A DNA stretch of 61,369 bases, the filler included, from Choristocarpus tenellus KU-1152 (lineage: Eukaryota > Protista > Phaeophyceae), in assembly GCA_964200185.2 (NCBI GenBank). It is 10 parts of 10 records of this genome, joined end to end, with 100 filler letters (N's around TTAATTAATTAA, not from the genome) between each part and the next. Parts side by side here need not be neighbours in the genome. Positions count along the whole stretch, not along the records: positions 25,720 to 31,951 come from CAXNAD020008616.1; positions 32,052 to 37,381 come from CAXNAD020011134.1; positions 37,482 to 40,257 come from CAXNAD020024847.1; 7 more parts are not named here. One strand, 5' to 3'. The translations under genes were made by a program, and so were the position numbers. The notes beneath the pieces were generated by a model. That model had not been told where the DNA came from. It did not search any database and was given only the letters and a program-made list of their open reading frames with translations. This document shows, one piece after another, positions 26,970 through 39,496 of this stretch (position 1 is the stretch's first letter; each line of letters starts with the position of its first letter).

Positions 26970-27599
26970 ATACCCTTGCATATTTCCTGGCTGCCCGAGA
27001 TTCCGTGCTTTGTGGGACTGGACACGGTGAGCAATGGCTTGTGAACATCCAACACACAGGTTCCCAAGTACCAATGAGGTCAATTCCATTGGCTGTTGCA
27101 GTCTTGCGTGTCACCTGCTCACGAGGATGGTCAAGGTGTCCTTGAAATTCGTTTATGTCAACCCGGACCTTTGATGTGGCCACTAATCCAGTTGAGGTTT
27201 CTCCAGGTAGAACCCTACACATGTAAGTACGTGTAGAAGCCGTTCACCACTGATATCACGGGGTTATCCAGGCCATTGTTTCCCTCAATTGTCAACGCAC
27301 CAAACTCAACAATACTGTGTGGCCCTGACGTCCCGCAGATGATTCGAACTGACAATTAGGTTTTACGCTAGTGTGAGCACTACAGCAGCCTTCTTCATGG
27401 TCACACTTTATTCCACTTCCTCTTAAGCTGATGTCAGCACCATCTCCATCCAGCCCCATCCAACAACATCGTGTTCCTTTCCATCTCTGACAACCACCTT
27501 ATCTCCACTGCTATTTTCCCTCCAACCTTCTATACTTTTAAAACATAGGCTATTAATGTGATTTGCTTTGATGCGATACAGCATCGTCAGCCCATACTG

Positions 27600-28100
27600 A
27601 ACGTTGATTTGCCCATTGGAATGGTCGCTAATCCCATTTACATCATTGACTCTTTAGCTCATCATTACAACTCACTCAGAAGATCACAGGATATAGGAAG
27701 TATCGGAACAGTCGCTAACTATCACTCATACAGGCATACTATATGTGACAGTAGTTACGTTAGATATGATTCAAGTTTTGGCTTCTTCTTTCTTCCTCGT
27801 GTTACTTCTTTTTCACAGAAGTTATCAGTTGCATAGCATGTATTGATTATTATTTTTTGCTTGACTGGTATTGCCCACGGTAAGACCACCTGCTCACTCT
27901 GCAATACGTGTAAGACACATGTAAGACACATGTAAGACACATGTAAGACACACGCCAGGATGCAATATAAACAGAGTTAAAAACATCCTTCGAAATCCTT
28001 CTCAGCCAAGGTGACAACCCTCTTCACAGAGAATGAATTTCTTCATTTGAGCGTCTGAATGAATGACCACACACACTCTCTATCAATCATAGTCTGCTCT
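27600..28100 (+). repeat. Dispersed repeat family D (copies ~25785-25990, ~29850-30230, ~49931-50333)
   Basis: Shared blocks such as cactctg...atataa(a)cagagttaaaa(a)catcc...ccaaggt(a/g)acaa(g)cctct. Contains (gtaagacacat)4 at 27910-27952. Confidence 0.75.
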
Positions 28101-28204
28101 GAGTAAAACACGCCACACACGTACAAGTACACATTTCACTTCAACCAAAGTCTGATTGAGCAAGACATCCTTTCAGACGCACCAGACCTAACCCGTAGGT
28201 GTCT

Positions 28205-28429
28205 TGTTGCACTACGGCACATATTTGTTTCTAAACGTGTTATCACAGCACAACCAAACATACCTTCACATCGAACATTGTCTGATTGAGTAAAACATGT
28301 CATGAGACCTACCAGAACGATTTCATCAGTGCGTTGTTGTACTGTGATCTTCGTCTTCTTCGTCATAAGCCAGACCCATTACAACAATGCATCACTCATA
28401 CGAAATCGGGTTTCAACAGGTTATGAGCC
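28205..28429 (+). mobile_element. Copia-type LTR with primer-binding site, opposite orientation, nested
   Basis: TGTTG (28205)...CAACA (28418) is followed directly by GGTTATGAGCC, the Copia half-tRNA(iMet)-type PBS. Confidence 0.7.
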
Positions 28430-30354
28430 TCACACGATTCCCCTTCGCTACACCATCAAAAGATTTGATCATGTGACCGCTTGCTCCATTGTCGAATATC
28501 CATTCTTCAGCATCTGTTGGTCTCCCCGTGTCGCAGATTATCTTGTTGGTCACTATAAACGCTCCTCTCCTATGTCGGTGTCTCATGCCAACATTCGTAC
28601 CATGAGCACGATCTTGAGTGCTCTCGCTTCTATAGATGCCATCATTGTCCCCACCATTTCCAGCACCTCCACCAGCAGTATGACCACGATCTCCTGGGCC
28701 CCTTTGTCTCTCCCATCATTGGCATGACCATAACCCCTTCATTATTCACGGCATGTCGCTGCCAAACGTCCCATCTTCCCATAGATGTCACATTTTTTGT
28801 ATGCTTGGTGAGACATTTATTGCTGTAGGTTCCCTTCTTGCCACGGGTGTAGTATGTTTTTCACTCCAACCGCGGTGCCACATTCTGCCTCTTGGCTGTC
28901 AAAGCTGCCATCATTTTCCCGGGATGAACAGCTATCTCAGTCTACAACTGGCGAAACCTTTTCGCAAGCCTCGGTTCCAACGCTCCCTTGTGAAAGTTGT
29001 TGCTCTCATAAGCAACGCTTGTCGTTCCAGCTCGTACTCCTCTAGCAATTCTCCCAGAATGATGACATCCATTTCTTCATCGCTCACTATTTGTCCTGAA
29101 GTAGTCAGCCTCTTCCCAAGTCGACGCACCTTCAATATATATGGTTGCGGTTCCTCCCCAGGTCCAAGCCTAATGAGCCAGGACTCCTCCTTTTCCCGCA
29201 GTCTCTCATCTAGAGTATTCGATTCATAATACTCGTACAAGACATCCATGGCGGTTTATGGTCTCTAGTGTTCCATCACAATCTCCGGCGTCATCCCCTT
29301 ACAACCATTAAGAAGGGCCATCCACCCCTTGTTAAAGGTGTCCCAATCATCCTCGCTCCCTCAATCTGCTCCTTCCTCCAGATGGTCCAGCTCCCTGCTG
29401 AATGCGCGAGATGTCCTGCTTGCTACTCTTGATTCAACGGCTGCCTTGACATCTGCCGCCACGTTTCAGTCACCACCCGAAGCCATGACATCCCTGACTC
29501 TTCCTTCTGCTGCTTCCTTAAATCAAGTGGTTCACGCACTACCTCCTGGTCCATAGTGCACTATGTAGAAGATGATTCGTTTTAAAATATGTTCACATGC
29601 TACCAAAGAGTGTGCTGCTTCACCAAGAAGAAGATGATGTAGGATGTGTTTTATTAAGCTACAGTGAAGAGTGAGATCTATGCATAGGGGGGGGGGGGCT
29701 CTTAGTCTCCATAATCATGCTTTCAGGCAATCCGGTAGATCACCAACTAATATATTTTTCTACAATGTTACTTCAACATCACTATATTCTGTTAAAACAG
29801 AGGTTACTAATCTTTGTGTACTTCATACGATACAGTATTACCAGTTCATACTGACTGTTGATTTGGGCATTGGTGCTAGTCGTTAGTCACATTTACATCA
29901 TTAGCACCTTATCAAATCATCATCAATTACTGTTAGAACATCATGGTGCATAGGAAGTATGGAACCGTCTACATTTGTCAAACATACAAGCAAAGTATGC
30001 GCCATATGAATTGTCTCAGATATTGATTCAAGGTTGTTTCTTTGTTATTCTTTTGATCTTCACATCAGTTACGTATCATATGTTGTTATTATTTTTCTGA
30101 CTGCCATTGCCCCCTTCTAAGACTTCGAGATCACTCTGTACTAAGTGTACCTCTACTCAACAGGATGTAATATAATCAGAGCTAAACATCTCCATAAACC
30201 CTTCTTCACAAGGTGCCAAGCTTGGACTCAAAGTTCCGATCCATCACTAATCTACTGTACTACATACTTTATTTTGCTACGTACATTACTACTACTTCAT
30301 GTATACTACACTATATAGCAACATTTAGTATGTAGAGTACTTCAAAGCATCTCC

Positions 30355-30859
30355 TGATGCGAACAAAGGACGCCAGGTGCTTGTGCCAGCCACGGTCGAA
30401 GAAGCTATCAAGGATGTCATTCCGACAATCAAGGCCCACACACCTAGGCCGGAAGAACACACCATATTCGTGCAGGAGGACGGGACAAAGCCACACACAA
30501 AGGGGGGGGTCATGGAGGCAATCGAGGAGGCAGTGAGGGACTACATTGTCATAGAGGCCCAGCCAGCCAACTCACCTGACCTCAACGTAAATGAACTGGG
30601 ATTATTTCATTCCATCCAGAAATTGAAGGAAGATGTGGGGGTGACCAAAACAAAGGAGATGGTGGAGTCCACAATAGAGACGTTCAATGCGTACCCCTGG
30701 GAGACACTACAGCGCGTCTGGCAGAGCCTCTTTGCTGTCTACGGTAAATTGATGAGGTTCAAGAATAACAAGGTTTCAAAATTCCCCATCTTAGCAAGGA
30801 AAAGGCTGAGAAGGCATGACAGCATCATAGATAGGTGTAGGCTGCCCCATTTTGCTTGA
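30355..30859 (+). pseudogene. Mariner-family transposase C-terminal fragment
   Basis: KDVIPTIKA, VQEDGTKPH and QPANSPDLNVNELG. Homologous to 58880-60425. Confidence 0.85.
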
Positions 30860-32051
30860 GATATTGATGGGCAACCTTTTTAGTGTCTGTACAATACACC
30901 CATAAAATATGAGCATGTGAAAAAAACTTTATCAGGGGTGTAAAAGTTGGGTTATATTTAATTCCGAATGTAGGAAGTAATATATTTGCATGTAAATAAA
31001 TATATTTAATTGCCGACTTATAATTTTTGTAGTTTTAGAATGCACGACTAGACTGTACGTTTACAGTATGGGCACTCCAATGTTTTACGGTAGTGCTGCA
31101 AGGTTTTGTGAAGAACTGAGCAGTATGATCATTATAGTAGAATACTATCTGAACGATAAGGTACGGTGGGGTTAGTAGCACCTATGGTTACCAAGACACG
31201 GTTTGGGAATTCTGAAGGTTGTGCAGGGTGGTCTTTCAATATCTTCACTGTTCCCAACGGCTGGTTGTAGAATTCCGATGGTAGGAATGGGGCATAATAG
31301 ATCAACTGTAAGCTCTTCCCCCAACCGAAACCACAGTCGTGAAATAACCCTAGTTGCTGTTTTATGGTCGTAGCACCCACAATGTACGGCTGTATAACAG
31401 TAAGCGTACAAGAAACCAGAAGTTGTTAGACGGCCAGACCACTTCAAATTGAAATTTGGAACTAGGTTCTTCATTGGTATTGTATAGAGCCACAAAACAA
31501 AAGAAGACACCAAACAAAACTAGAAATTCAAGTAAGCTGAGGGGGTGAATAGATGCAAAAATTGAAGTTGAAGGTAGAGAATGTGATTGGGTGAGGATGA
31601 TACTATTATACACTACTACACTTAATTCGTAAATTTGGTGATTAATCAGGGGGGTTCCACCCCCAAAACAGAAAAAAATGGTGGGCAGAAATCTTGACAC
31701 ATTTTTTGCGTTCTTCGTCTCCAGAAGGAAAGAGGATGCGCAGGGGACGTTACTCAACCCCACATAACAGTGGATTTGGAGAATTGAGGAAGGAGCGGGG
31801 CTATGAGGATGGTTGACGATCGAAAACAGTCTTGAAAAAGTACCGAAAAGTATTCTTTGCAAATGTTTTTGCACTTGTAAGGGCCCGGGATATGTCTTTT
31901 TTTGGAAATGTTTCGGCACTTTTTAAGGGTCCGGATATATTTTAGTTCAAANNNNNNNNNNNNNNNNNNNNNNNNNNNNNNNNNNNNNNNNNNNNTTAAT
32001 TAATTAANNNNNNNNNNNNNNNNNNNNNNNNNNNNNNNNNNNNNNNNNNNN

Positions 32052-32077
32052 ACCCCCCCCCTCAGATACTTTGACCT
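32052..32077 (+). mobile_element. Family B-type TIR at a contig end (similar ends at 37482-37525, 45280-45321, 45422-45445, 60430-60460, 61351-61369)
   Basis: C-run + cagatactttgacc, or its reverse complement gggtcaaagtatct + G-run. Confidence 0.8.
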
Positions 32078-32794
32078 TTTCCCTAGGCGGCAGAGACTGC
32101 AGAGCAGTGCTCCGACGTGGTTGAAGATCCAACCAGGTTTGTGTGGTAATGCTTTCAGTGCATCTTCTCTCAGCGTCAGTATTGTGACCAGATGGTCCAT
32201 TTCGCGATTCGATCATGCTGCTGCACCACACTACTCGCACTTTCTCTTCATCCAACATCGCGCTGAGTTTCACACGGTACTTGTTTTTCCGGCCCCTCTC
32301 GACAGAGAAGGTGCCGAGGATAGATGCAGTGGGTAGAGTGGCCTCGGCAGCTCTCCTTGTCTCACCGTCGTGGTTTATGTTGTTGTGTAAGTCACGTGTG
32401 TGTGTGCTCACAAAAAGTCTACAAAAGGCGTTATAAAGAGGAAGATCTTGGGGGGTTTTCTGCTTTATTTTCGGTGAGGGCCGCACCAGCCAAACTTGGG
32501 CAGTAACATGCCCCATCCCACTTTTTTGCAACGAGTTCAGCCAGTCACTTCATTTTCCAAGTTTTGAGGTCGTGACCTTCAAAATTGCGCCGGAGATATT
32601 CCCCCACGCTTTTTCCATTATTTTATCGGGATATAGTTCCCGTTCACCGAGGTTTCTACATTCCTACATACAAACCTTCAAAAGGCCTTGTCATAAGGTT
32701 TCATTTGATATATATATTGTTGTATATCTGTTGCGGCGTTCCGATGAAAAAAAGGAGAACTGCCACAGAGGGTGAAGCTAATGGTACCACCTTA

Positions 32795-33314
32795 GTGGTG
32801 AAGTAACAAATGGATTAGTGTCTCTTCACATTTTAAGACGTTTTATTTCCTTAGGACTCATACTGACAATTAATATGCTCTCTGACCTTTTGGAGATGTG
32901 TCAGGGGGGACCCCAATGAAAACTAACGGCATATGTATAGTTTTCATTTGTTTCCCTCCTGACACATCTGCAAAATGTCAAAGGGCAAAATAATAAAATG
33001 TATACGTCGTTATTAGCCTAAAGAAATAAAATGTCCTACACATAAGAACACTATAAAACATTGTAAGTGTGGAAACAACTAATCTATCAGTTACATCACC
33101 ACTATCAAATATTGTACTACTGTCTTCCTTTGCTTATATATATTATTATATTATTATGCCCTCTGACATTTTGCAGATGTGTCAGGGGGGGAAACCAATG
33201 AAAACTATATATATATATATGTCGTTATTAGCCCTAAAGAAATAAAACACCCTAAACATAAGAACACTATAAAACATTGTAAGTGTGGAAACCACTAATC
33301 AGTTACTTCACCAC
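32795..33314. mobile_element. TA-flanked palindromic MITE (32795-33102) plus adjacent partial copy (~33152-33314)
   Basis: TA|gtggtgaagtaac...gttacatcaccac|TA, with an internal ~50-bp hairpin at 32875-32987. The right arm is repeated at ~33220-33314. Confidence 0.75.
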
Positions 33315-34249
33315 CCTTTCAAGCAAGCTACGTCTCTGGGGTGTTGATACCAGTACCGACTTGATTGAAATCTTGTTCTGGTGTAACACCACAATAACTA
33401 ACTTGGGGTTCTTCTAGGCTGCGAAGTTTGGGGTGGAACAAGGTAAATGGGCACAAGATTCAATCTATAGGTAGGCAATAGGATACAAGGTATGGGTTGT
33501 TTTAGCGAATCAGGTTGAACAAAATATTTTATTGTCAGAGTGGACGAAATTTTGTTGGTGCACAATTTCAACCCTCAACCAGAGCTTTTTCTTCTGATAG
33601 CGATTGCTGAATGGGGACCGACTCTGGCATAATGCTTCAAAAGGAATTTGAGGCCGTTGATGGTTGGTCGCTGGCTCGAGTAATCAAGGAGAATTGTGAT
33701 GGAATGGACCTCTTTCCCGTCGATGCTTTTTCCACGGCAACATGGAGGTGAGGTTTGGTAAACATCTCCATTGGTGAGACAGCAAGGGTGTTGGCATAGG
33801 AATTAGAGATTGGTCCCACTTAGGACACTGGACTATTTGGAATACACAAAAGTACCAAGTTGTTGGGTTGCGACTTCTTCAACATCTGAATAAAAAGTGG
33901 AACTGTTCTGATTTTTTAAATATAACATTTAATGGAAGTGAATTTTAGAAGCCAGTGTAGATCCATCATTCATTGGTGGTGATTATTTGTAGAGTGAACG
34001 CTTCAGATGTGCTAAAGTAGCTTGAACTTATGCAGCAAGACCTGAGCTGTCTAAAGCAAAGAACACCCTGTCTCCGACCATTCATTAAATTCTACTGCTC
34101 CTCTAAAGGAACTAACAAGAAAATGGAGCGATAGGACTTTTACGAGTGTCAATCGGAAAATATATAGTCGATTCCGAACTACAATCAGCTCGACTGATAC
34201 CTGATTTCCTTGCCCCTTTGGGAAATTTTTGTTCCCCTTCAGGATTTTT

Positions 34250-34509
34250 TAGTCGAAGTATCTTAGAGGATAGGGTCGCGTCCGTTTGGGGGACAAAATC
34301 CAGTATTGCGAATTTGATGTAATTTTGGCTATCGTGTTTGTTAGGAAATGTCAATATTCTCTAACCCTTAACACCTTTTCATAACCTACACATTTTACCT
34401 ACTCTGAAATTGTTTTGGAGTAGCTAAAATGTCATAAAAATACCTTGGAAAGCAAAGCTCCAAACGTACAAACAGGGGAAAACTAGTACTCTCTAAGATA
34501 CTTTCACTC
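34250..34509 (+). mobile_element. Family A MITE
   Basis: Full-length match to 7117-7374 with TSD TTTT. Confidence 0.9.
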
Positions 34510-34845
34510 TTTTTTTGAAGATAAGGAAACTTTTTCGTGTTTATTTCTTATAAGAATATGATATTTTGTCCTCACAATGGACAATTCAATTTCTCTCTGC
34601 TAGAACTAACGCAGGTATTCCTTCACGCTGGTAAACAGTCGTAGGATCGCCACTTTTGACATGGGTGTAAGACCAATGGATTAGCATGGCTGGAGGAAAG
34701 TGTACAGTACCTCTACGCAAACGTGACCGTGTGCAGTTATAGAGTTTCATTACTATGCGTATACTCCTGATCTTGTTTACACACTTTGTCACCTGAAACG
34801 TCTGCATCCATCGTGTATTTGTTCTGTGTTTTGAACCACGTGCAG

Positions 34846-35451
34846 TGTGTGCAGTGGCTCATACTCTTCCACTGGAGAGAGTACGTTTGATTTGGACAGC
34901 TCCTATGACCTCAAATGGGATCTGGACGATTTCAGAGTGAACTTCACAATTACGGTTGGTGATCATTTCGTTGGGGATACACCTGTTACCTCGCTCCTCT
35001 ACATATCGTCTGAACTTTCATTGATTGTCATTCGAAGCTACTGTTGTTGCAACAAATTACTATCACAATGCAAAAGTAGAAGGAATCCTCCATTGGCTGC
35101 ACAACATACCCATTGTCTTGGGTTGTAGGCCACTAATTGCACAGCTTGTTTTCCACCACCTGGTGCATATTCAACTGCTGTTATGAACTTTGTTCTGGCA
35201 GATATGTCAACTACGCCATCCCCCTCCTGCCATTTTGTTTCTCTATCGTCGCACTTGTTGTCATCACCTTGTATCTCTCCTGTGGCAGGTGGGTGAAGAA
35301 ATTTCAACAGGATTTATTGGGCTTGGGTTTGGTTCCGTGGACATGGAAGGAGTTGGCATAGTCTTTTGCGGGTTTGGCGGTACAGGTACAGGCCCGGACT
35401 GCTACGATGGCTTAAGCGTTGCCAACAGACAGCCCGATAGGGACATTGATG
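34846..35451 (+). CDS. DOMON-domain protein, internal exons (~34846-34953, 35289-35451)
   Basis: The spliced sequence YDLKWDLDDFRVNFTIT|VGEEISTGFIGLGFGSVDMEGVGIVFC...CYDG...RQPDRD fits DOMON motifs (LxW, GxxxxGF, M.G, P..D). Start and stop not identified. Confidence 0.6.
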
Positions 35452-35556
35452 TGAGTGTGTGGTGGAATACCTTGAATGTTGAAACACCAAAGCCCTTTCA
35501 TTTTTATGTTGGATTGTACTTTGTAGCTATAATTGGGCGAGCTGATTTGTTCCAAA

Positions 35557-35811
35557 GAGCCAAAATAATTGAGAGGTAGACAGGTTTGGACCCTTTTTGT
35601 ATTCTAGTCCATATTTCTCACACGTCCTATGAAGTTGCTATTTCCTGTAATAGTGCACGCAAAGTTGATATATGATATTCCTCCATACCAGACACAAAGC
35701 GATACCATAATTAACCGAAGGCTCTTTCTGTAATTGTACAAAATAGCGCTTTTTGCCATTTCTTGGTATCCTTGAAATGCAAACTTGCCTACCTCTCGAG
35801 TAGTTTGACTA
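35557..35811 (-). mobile_element. Family C MITE
   Basis: TIRs gagccaaaataattgagaggtagacag / cttgcctacctctcgagtagtttgact. Reverse homology to 12574-12847. Confidence 0.75.
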
Positions 35812-36287
35812 AAACTACGCTTCGAGCTATCAGTGTGATAGGGTGCTGCTGCTGTATGCTTTGTTGAAAGTTTAGGAAATCCCTAGGCTACCTGAACGTA
35901 GTCAGGGTAATCAGGGACTACAATTCTTAGTGGGACAGTTACTACAATGCGAAGTGTTCTGGTGTACCCAGGCGACGTGTTAGCCTTTTTCGACAGAATC
36001 TTATATATATTGTTAGATAACTGTTATGGCAATAATACGGTGGGAAAAAAAAGTTTGCCACAAAGTACTTACCTTACCGTACGATGGATCCACAAAAAAA
36101 TGAATATAAACAGAATCTTAGGTTTCCCTCAACTGTCACGTTTCTGAACATGATGATGGTACATGCCGAGAGATGGATGAGGTGTTGGAGAGAGATGAGG
36201 TAGAACTTGCCCATTGAGAATTTATTCACACGGGCAGTAGTACTAGCTGCACCATTTCTACTCAAGAGAGGAACCAGTCATAGAGAG

Positions 36288-37305
36288 ATGTCGAAGTGGC
36301 AGAAGTTGCTCTTCCACTCCCTGGTGCTCGCGGTAGTGGGACTTGTATTGCTTCGATCTCAAGGCCACGCTTTCTACCTCTCATGGCCACCTCCATATTG
36401 CTCCAAGGATGTGGGCCTGAAGGCTATTCCTGACCTCCCTACCTCGCTGGATGCCTCGTTCAACAGTTCGTTGACAAGGACCAATATTGAACTCATTCAG
36501 GTTCGTCGTGACTATATAGACGAGCGTTCGTGCTGCCTATTTCTCCGCTTTGCCCTTGTCAGTCACTGGCTGATCCCTTGTCACCCTTGACACACCGCCT
36601 ATTACTGAAAATTAGGTACAAGTCCTGATTCGCCATGGAGCGCGAACACCATCAAACGATATTAAATGCTGGGATGGATACGAGTATGCATGGGACTGCA
36701 ATGTGACTGAGGTGCTATGCACCCTCTGATGACGTCGTCTAATGATGCTTTTCGTGAAGTGCTTCTCTGGCATCAAGATTGCCTAAATGCACAATTGAGA
36801 GTATGCACCCCGTGCAATAACCCCCACACAATTGTTTACTCAAGGAGACGGTATGTCACACTGATAGAACTGTATCGCCTTGCGTTCACTCCAGTAGATG
36901 CTAGAGGTTGTGTACTCTAGAGTACGTGCGTATTCTTGGTGTATTAGGTATCTTGCAACGTGGTGCAGCACTTACTCAAGGTTTTTGTTTACAACACTTC
37001 ATATCTCCAAGTCCATGGATATCAGGCTGCCCCGTGGATGGCACCAAGCAAAATAAGGATAAGCTTCGTACAAATTTTGTATTCCCTTTGGATCTTTTGG
37101 GTTGATCACTACTGTGTCGTTCCACCCCATCCACCTGCCTATAGGTCATTGCCAATAGTCGAAGTATTGGAAAGACATCGGGTAATATTCAGGGCCTATT
37201 CGAGAAGATATATGATGCCTATCCATCAGGGAACATCCTGGGAGGTACCTGCATGAAGGGACAGCTAATTGAGGAAGGGTTTGAGCAGGAGATACAGACT
37301 GGACT
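36288..37305 (+). CDS. Histidine acid phosphatase (branch 2), secreted or signal-anchored, 5' part; exons 36288-36500, 36616-36711, 37145-~37305
   Basis: Hydrophobic N-terminus, VQVLIRHGARTP (RHGxRxP) and CMKGQLIEEGFEQ (GQLTxxGxxQ-like), with phase-0 introns. Confidence 0.85.
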
Positions 37306-37307
37306 GT

Positions 37308-37381
37308 GAGCCAAAGTAATTTAGAGGGTAGAGCCGCGTCCATTTGGGGGTCAAAATCCAATGTTGCGATTTTGATGTAAT
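37308..37381 (+). mobile_element. Family A MITE left part, cut by contig end
   Basis: gagccaaagtaatttagagggtagagccgcgtccatttgggggtcaaaatcc. Confidence 0.9.
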
Positions 37382-39496
37382 NNNNNNNNNNNNNNNNNNN
37401 NNNNNNNNNNNNNNNNNNNNNNNNNTTAATTAATTAANNNNNNNNNNNNNNNNNNNNNNNNNNNNNNNNNNNNNNNNNNNNGTGAAAAACAGACGCCGAC
37501 ACCCCCCCCCCAGATACTTTGACCCACTCTACAACAAGAAACAATACACAACACCACTATTTAGCTTGAACCTCAAGCGCGTTCACAACAACTTTTTATT
37601 AGAAAAATCCTTGATGTGGGGACGGAAAAGGAAGATACTGTTTGGTTGAATGAAAGCACCATGGGCATCACCCACGTTGTTAGTAGGATGTTGGATATAG
37701 TGAGAATCGGGAAGATACTATCCTCGAACCTTCCCTGCTTTTCGTTGCAGACATTGGAATGGCAAGCCTGGGATCGATTTGACCGAGTATTACTTTTGTA
37801 CGCAATTCTACAATAATAGTGACAAACGTTAGTTGCGCTATTACTATTTGGTAGTTACATCGAAGACCATTTCGCAAACAATACCATACAACGATTGGTG
37901 GGATACTTTCAAGTATGTGATTGGACCCTCTTCCTCCTCAATGAGGACATTCACCCTTCTTTGGACAAATACATCTCTGACTAGATCTACTAAGACGCTC
38001 GGACAGATTGCTCTTGGAAGGAAATGCCCATGGTGAAACTTAGGATGAAAACAAGTCATCATTCTTGTCGAAGGATCAATATAAATTATAGAAAACGGGC
38101 AGTCACATGATAAGGTACATGGTGTGTTTCTATAAGATAAAAAAGAAGGTATAATTTGAACGTATCTCCTTAATTCTAGAATAATCGCTTCAAACCCTGG
38201 AAAAAGCACACGAGACAGATCATACCAAAGAGGCAGGTGTGTTAACCGTTCCTTTTCAAACAATATATTCGAGTTGACACGAGTGGTTGCAATACGCTGG
38301 TAGGCTGGTCCCTTTTCCCAGTTGGAACCCAAGTGTATTACACTCGTTTCAATCTGCATTGATTGTTTGCATTCATTCTACCTTCTTCGCTGAGACCAAC
38401 TTGGTCCCCCCAAGTCAGACCTTCAATGGGTGTCAACTAATGTATTTCCTGACCCTAACTCCCTAGACCTGTTTGAAACCCTACTGGATCGACTTTGCTT
38501 AAGTCATCGAGAAAATATTGTGCTTGTTCGGCTTCTAAAGTTGTGATTTGAGGGCGTTAGGTTTATTGGGGTACCTCCAGGTCGAAATTCGGGGATACTC
38601 CTCATCATCGAGGTGTTCGAGTTATTGTCTTGGTGACTTTCATGGTCGATTCCTCTATGAGAGTGGCCCATGGTCATCACTCAGATCATCATATTTAGGT
38701 CTAGTGATCGGTACCACGACGAACAAAGCGATAGAGAAAATAGTTTGTTGTCACTCAGTTGAACATCAGAGGAGGGCGAGTAATGATTCGTTTTGTGTGG
38801 ATTATTTTTGTGGACATTCACATTATTGTTAGCACATTATTGTTAGCATACAGTAGTCGCACTCGAACATATCTTTGAACGATTGTAAGCAATTCTTACA
38901 AACAGGCGAACATCCAGAAGAGCAGGGGGTTCAATACTGACAATAGTTAAGACATGGGAACACATAAACATGATAGATACCCCTCCCTGGAAATCACTCA
39001 CTTGCCAGGGTGTGTCAACTTTCACATGTAGTGGTGCCCTTTCCCACACAGTAGTATCATATGGTATGGCAGCAGCAGGAGCAGCAGTAGTCCTTCATTT
39101 AGTCATGGACCTATGACTGACTATGCCTTTCACTATACAAGTAGTACGTAAGCATATTTCAAAAGGAATATTCTTAGCGGGTGGCAGATGGTTCGCCCCC
39201 CACAAAAGCTCTAATAGTATAAACAATAGGTCTAACTGACCTCTTGATTAGGAAGTTTTGTCGATGAGTCGGCGAAATCAATCTATAACCTCAATTCTAA
39301 CAAACAGGGCATCTAAATATATGAACAACTGCTTTGAAGTATTTGACAAGAGATTGATTAGCATTTCAGTTCATACAACTAATACTATAACGCACGCATT
39401 ACTTGTTCTTCTGTTTATAGAGTTCCCGAAGCTGTAGAGAATTCTTCAAGAATTACCGAGGAAAGGTCGAGAAGGCCCTAACAAGGCCCACCCTCC

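Larger units (their letters stand above)
26000..29764 (-). mobile_element. Degenerate Ty1/Copia element: 5' LTR 29764-29564, gag, zinc knuckle, protease, integrase
   Basis: LTR bounded by TGTAGAA...TTCTACA with a PBS-like TAGTGC next to it. Gag ORF 28932-29249, knuckle relic KCDIYGKMGR..TC, protease EWIFDNGASGHM (~28500), GAG-pre-integrase GHLDHP, integrase RSDEGGEF and TPEYSGVAER. Confidence 0.85.

Noticed and set aside
32239-32400. Possible first exon MLDEEK|gtgcga (minus strand), and candidate exons at ~33631-33746 and ~61246-61345
   Set aside because: Too short or unanchored to support a gene call.
11474-37305. Cluster of three histidine phosphatases
   Set aside because: The branch-2 gene is on a different contig. 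Only the two branch-1 genes are linked.
37844-38832. Long ORFs here and at 45464-46120 and 48835-49834
   Set aside because: No recognisable motifs or splice structure. Probably decayed TE sequence or chance ORFs.
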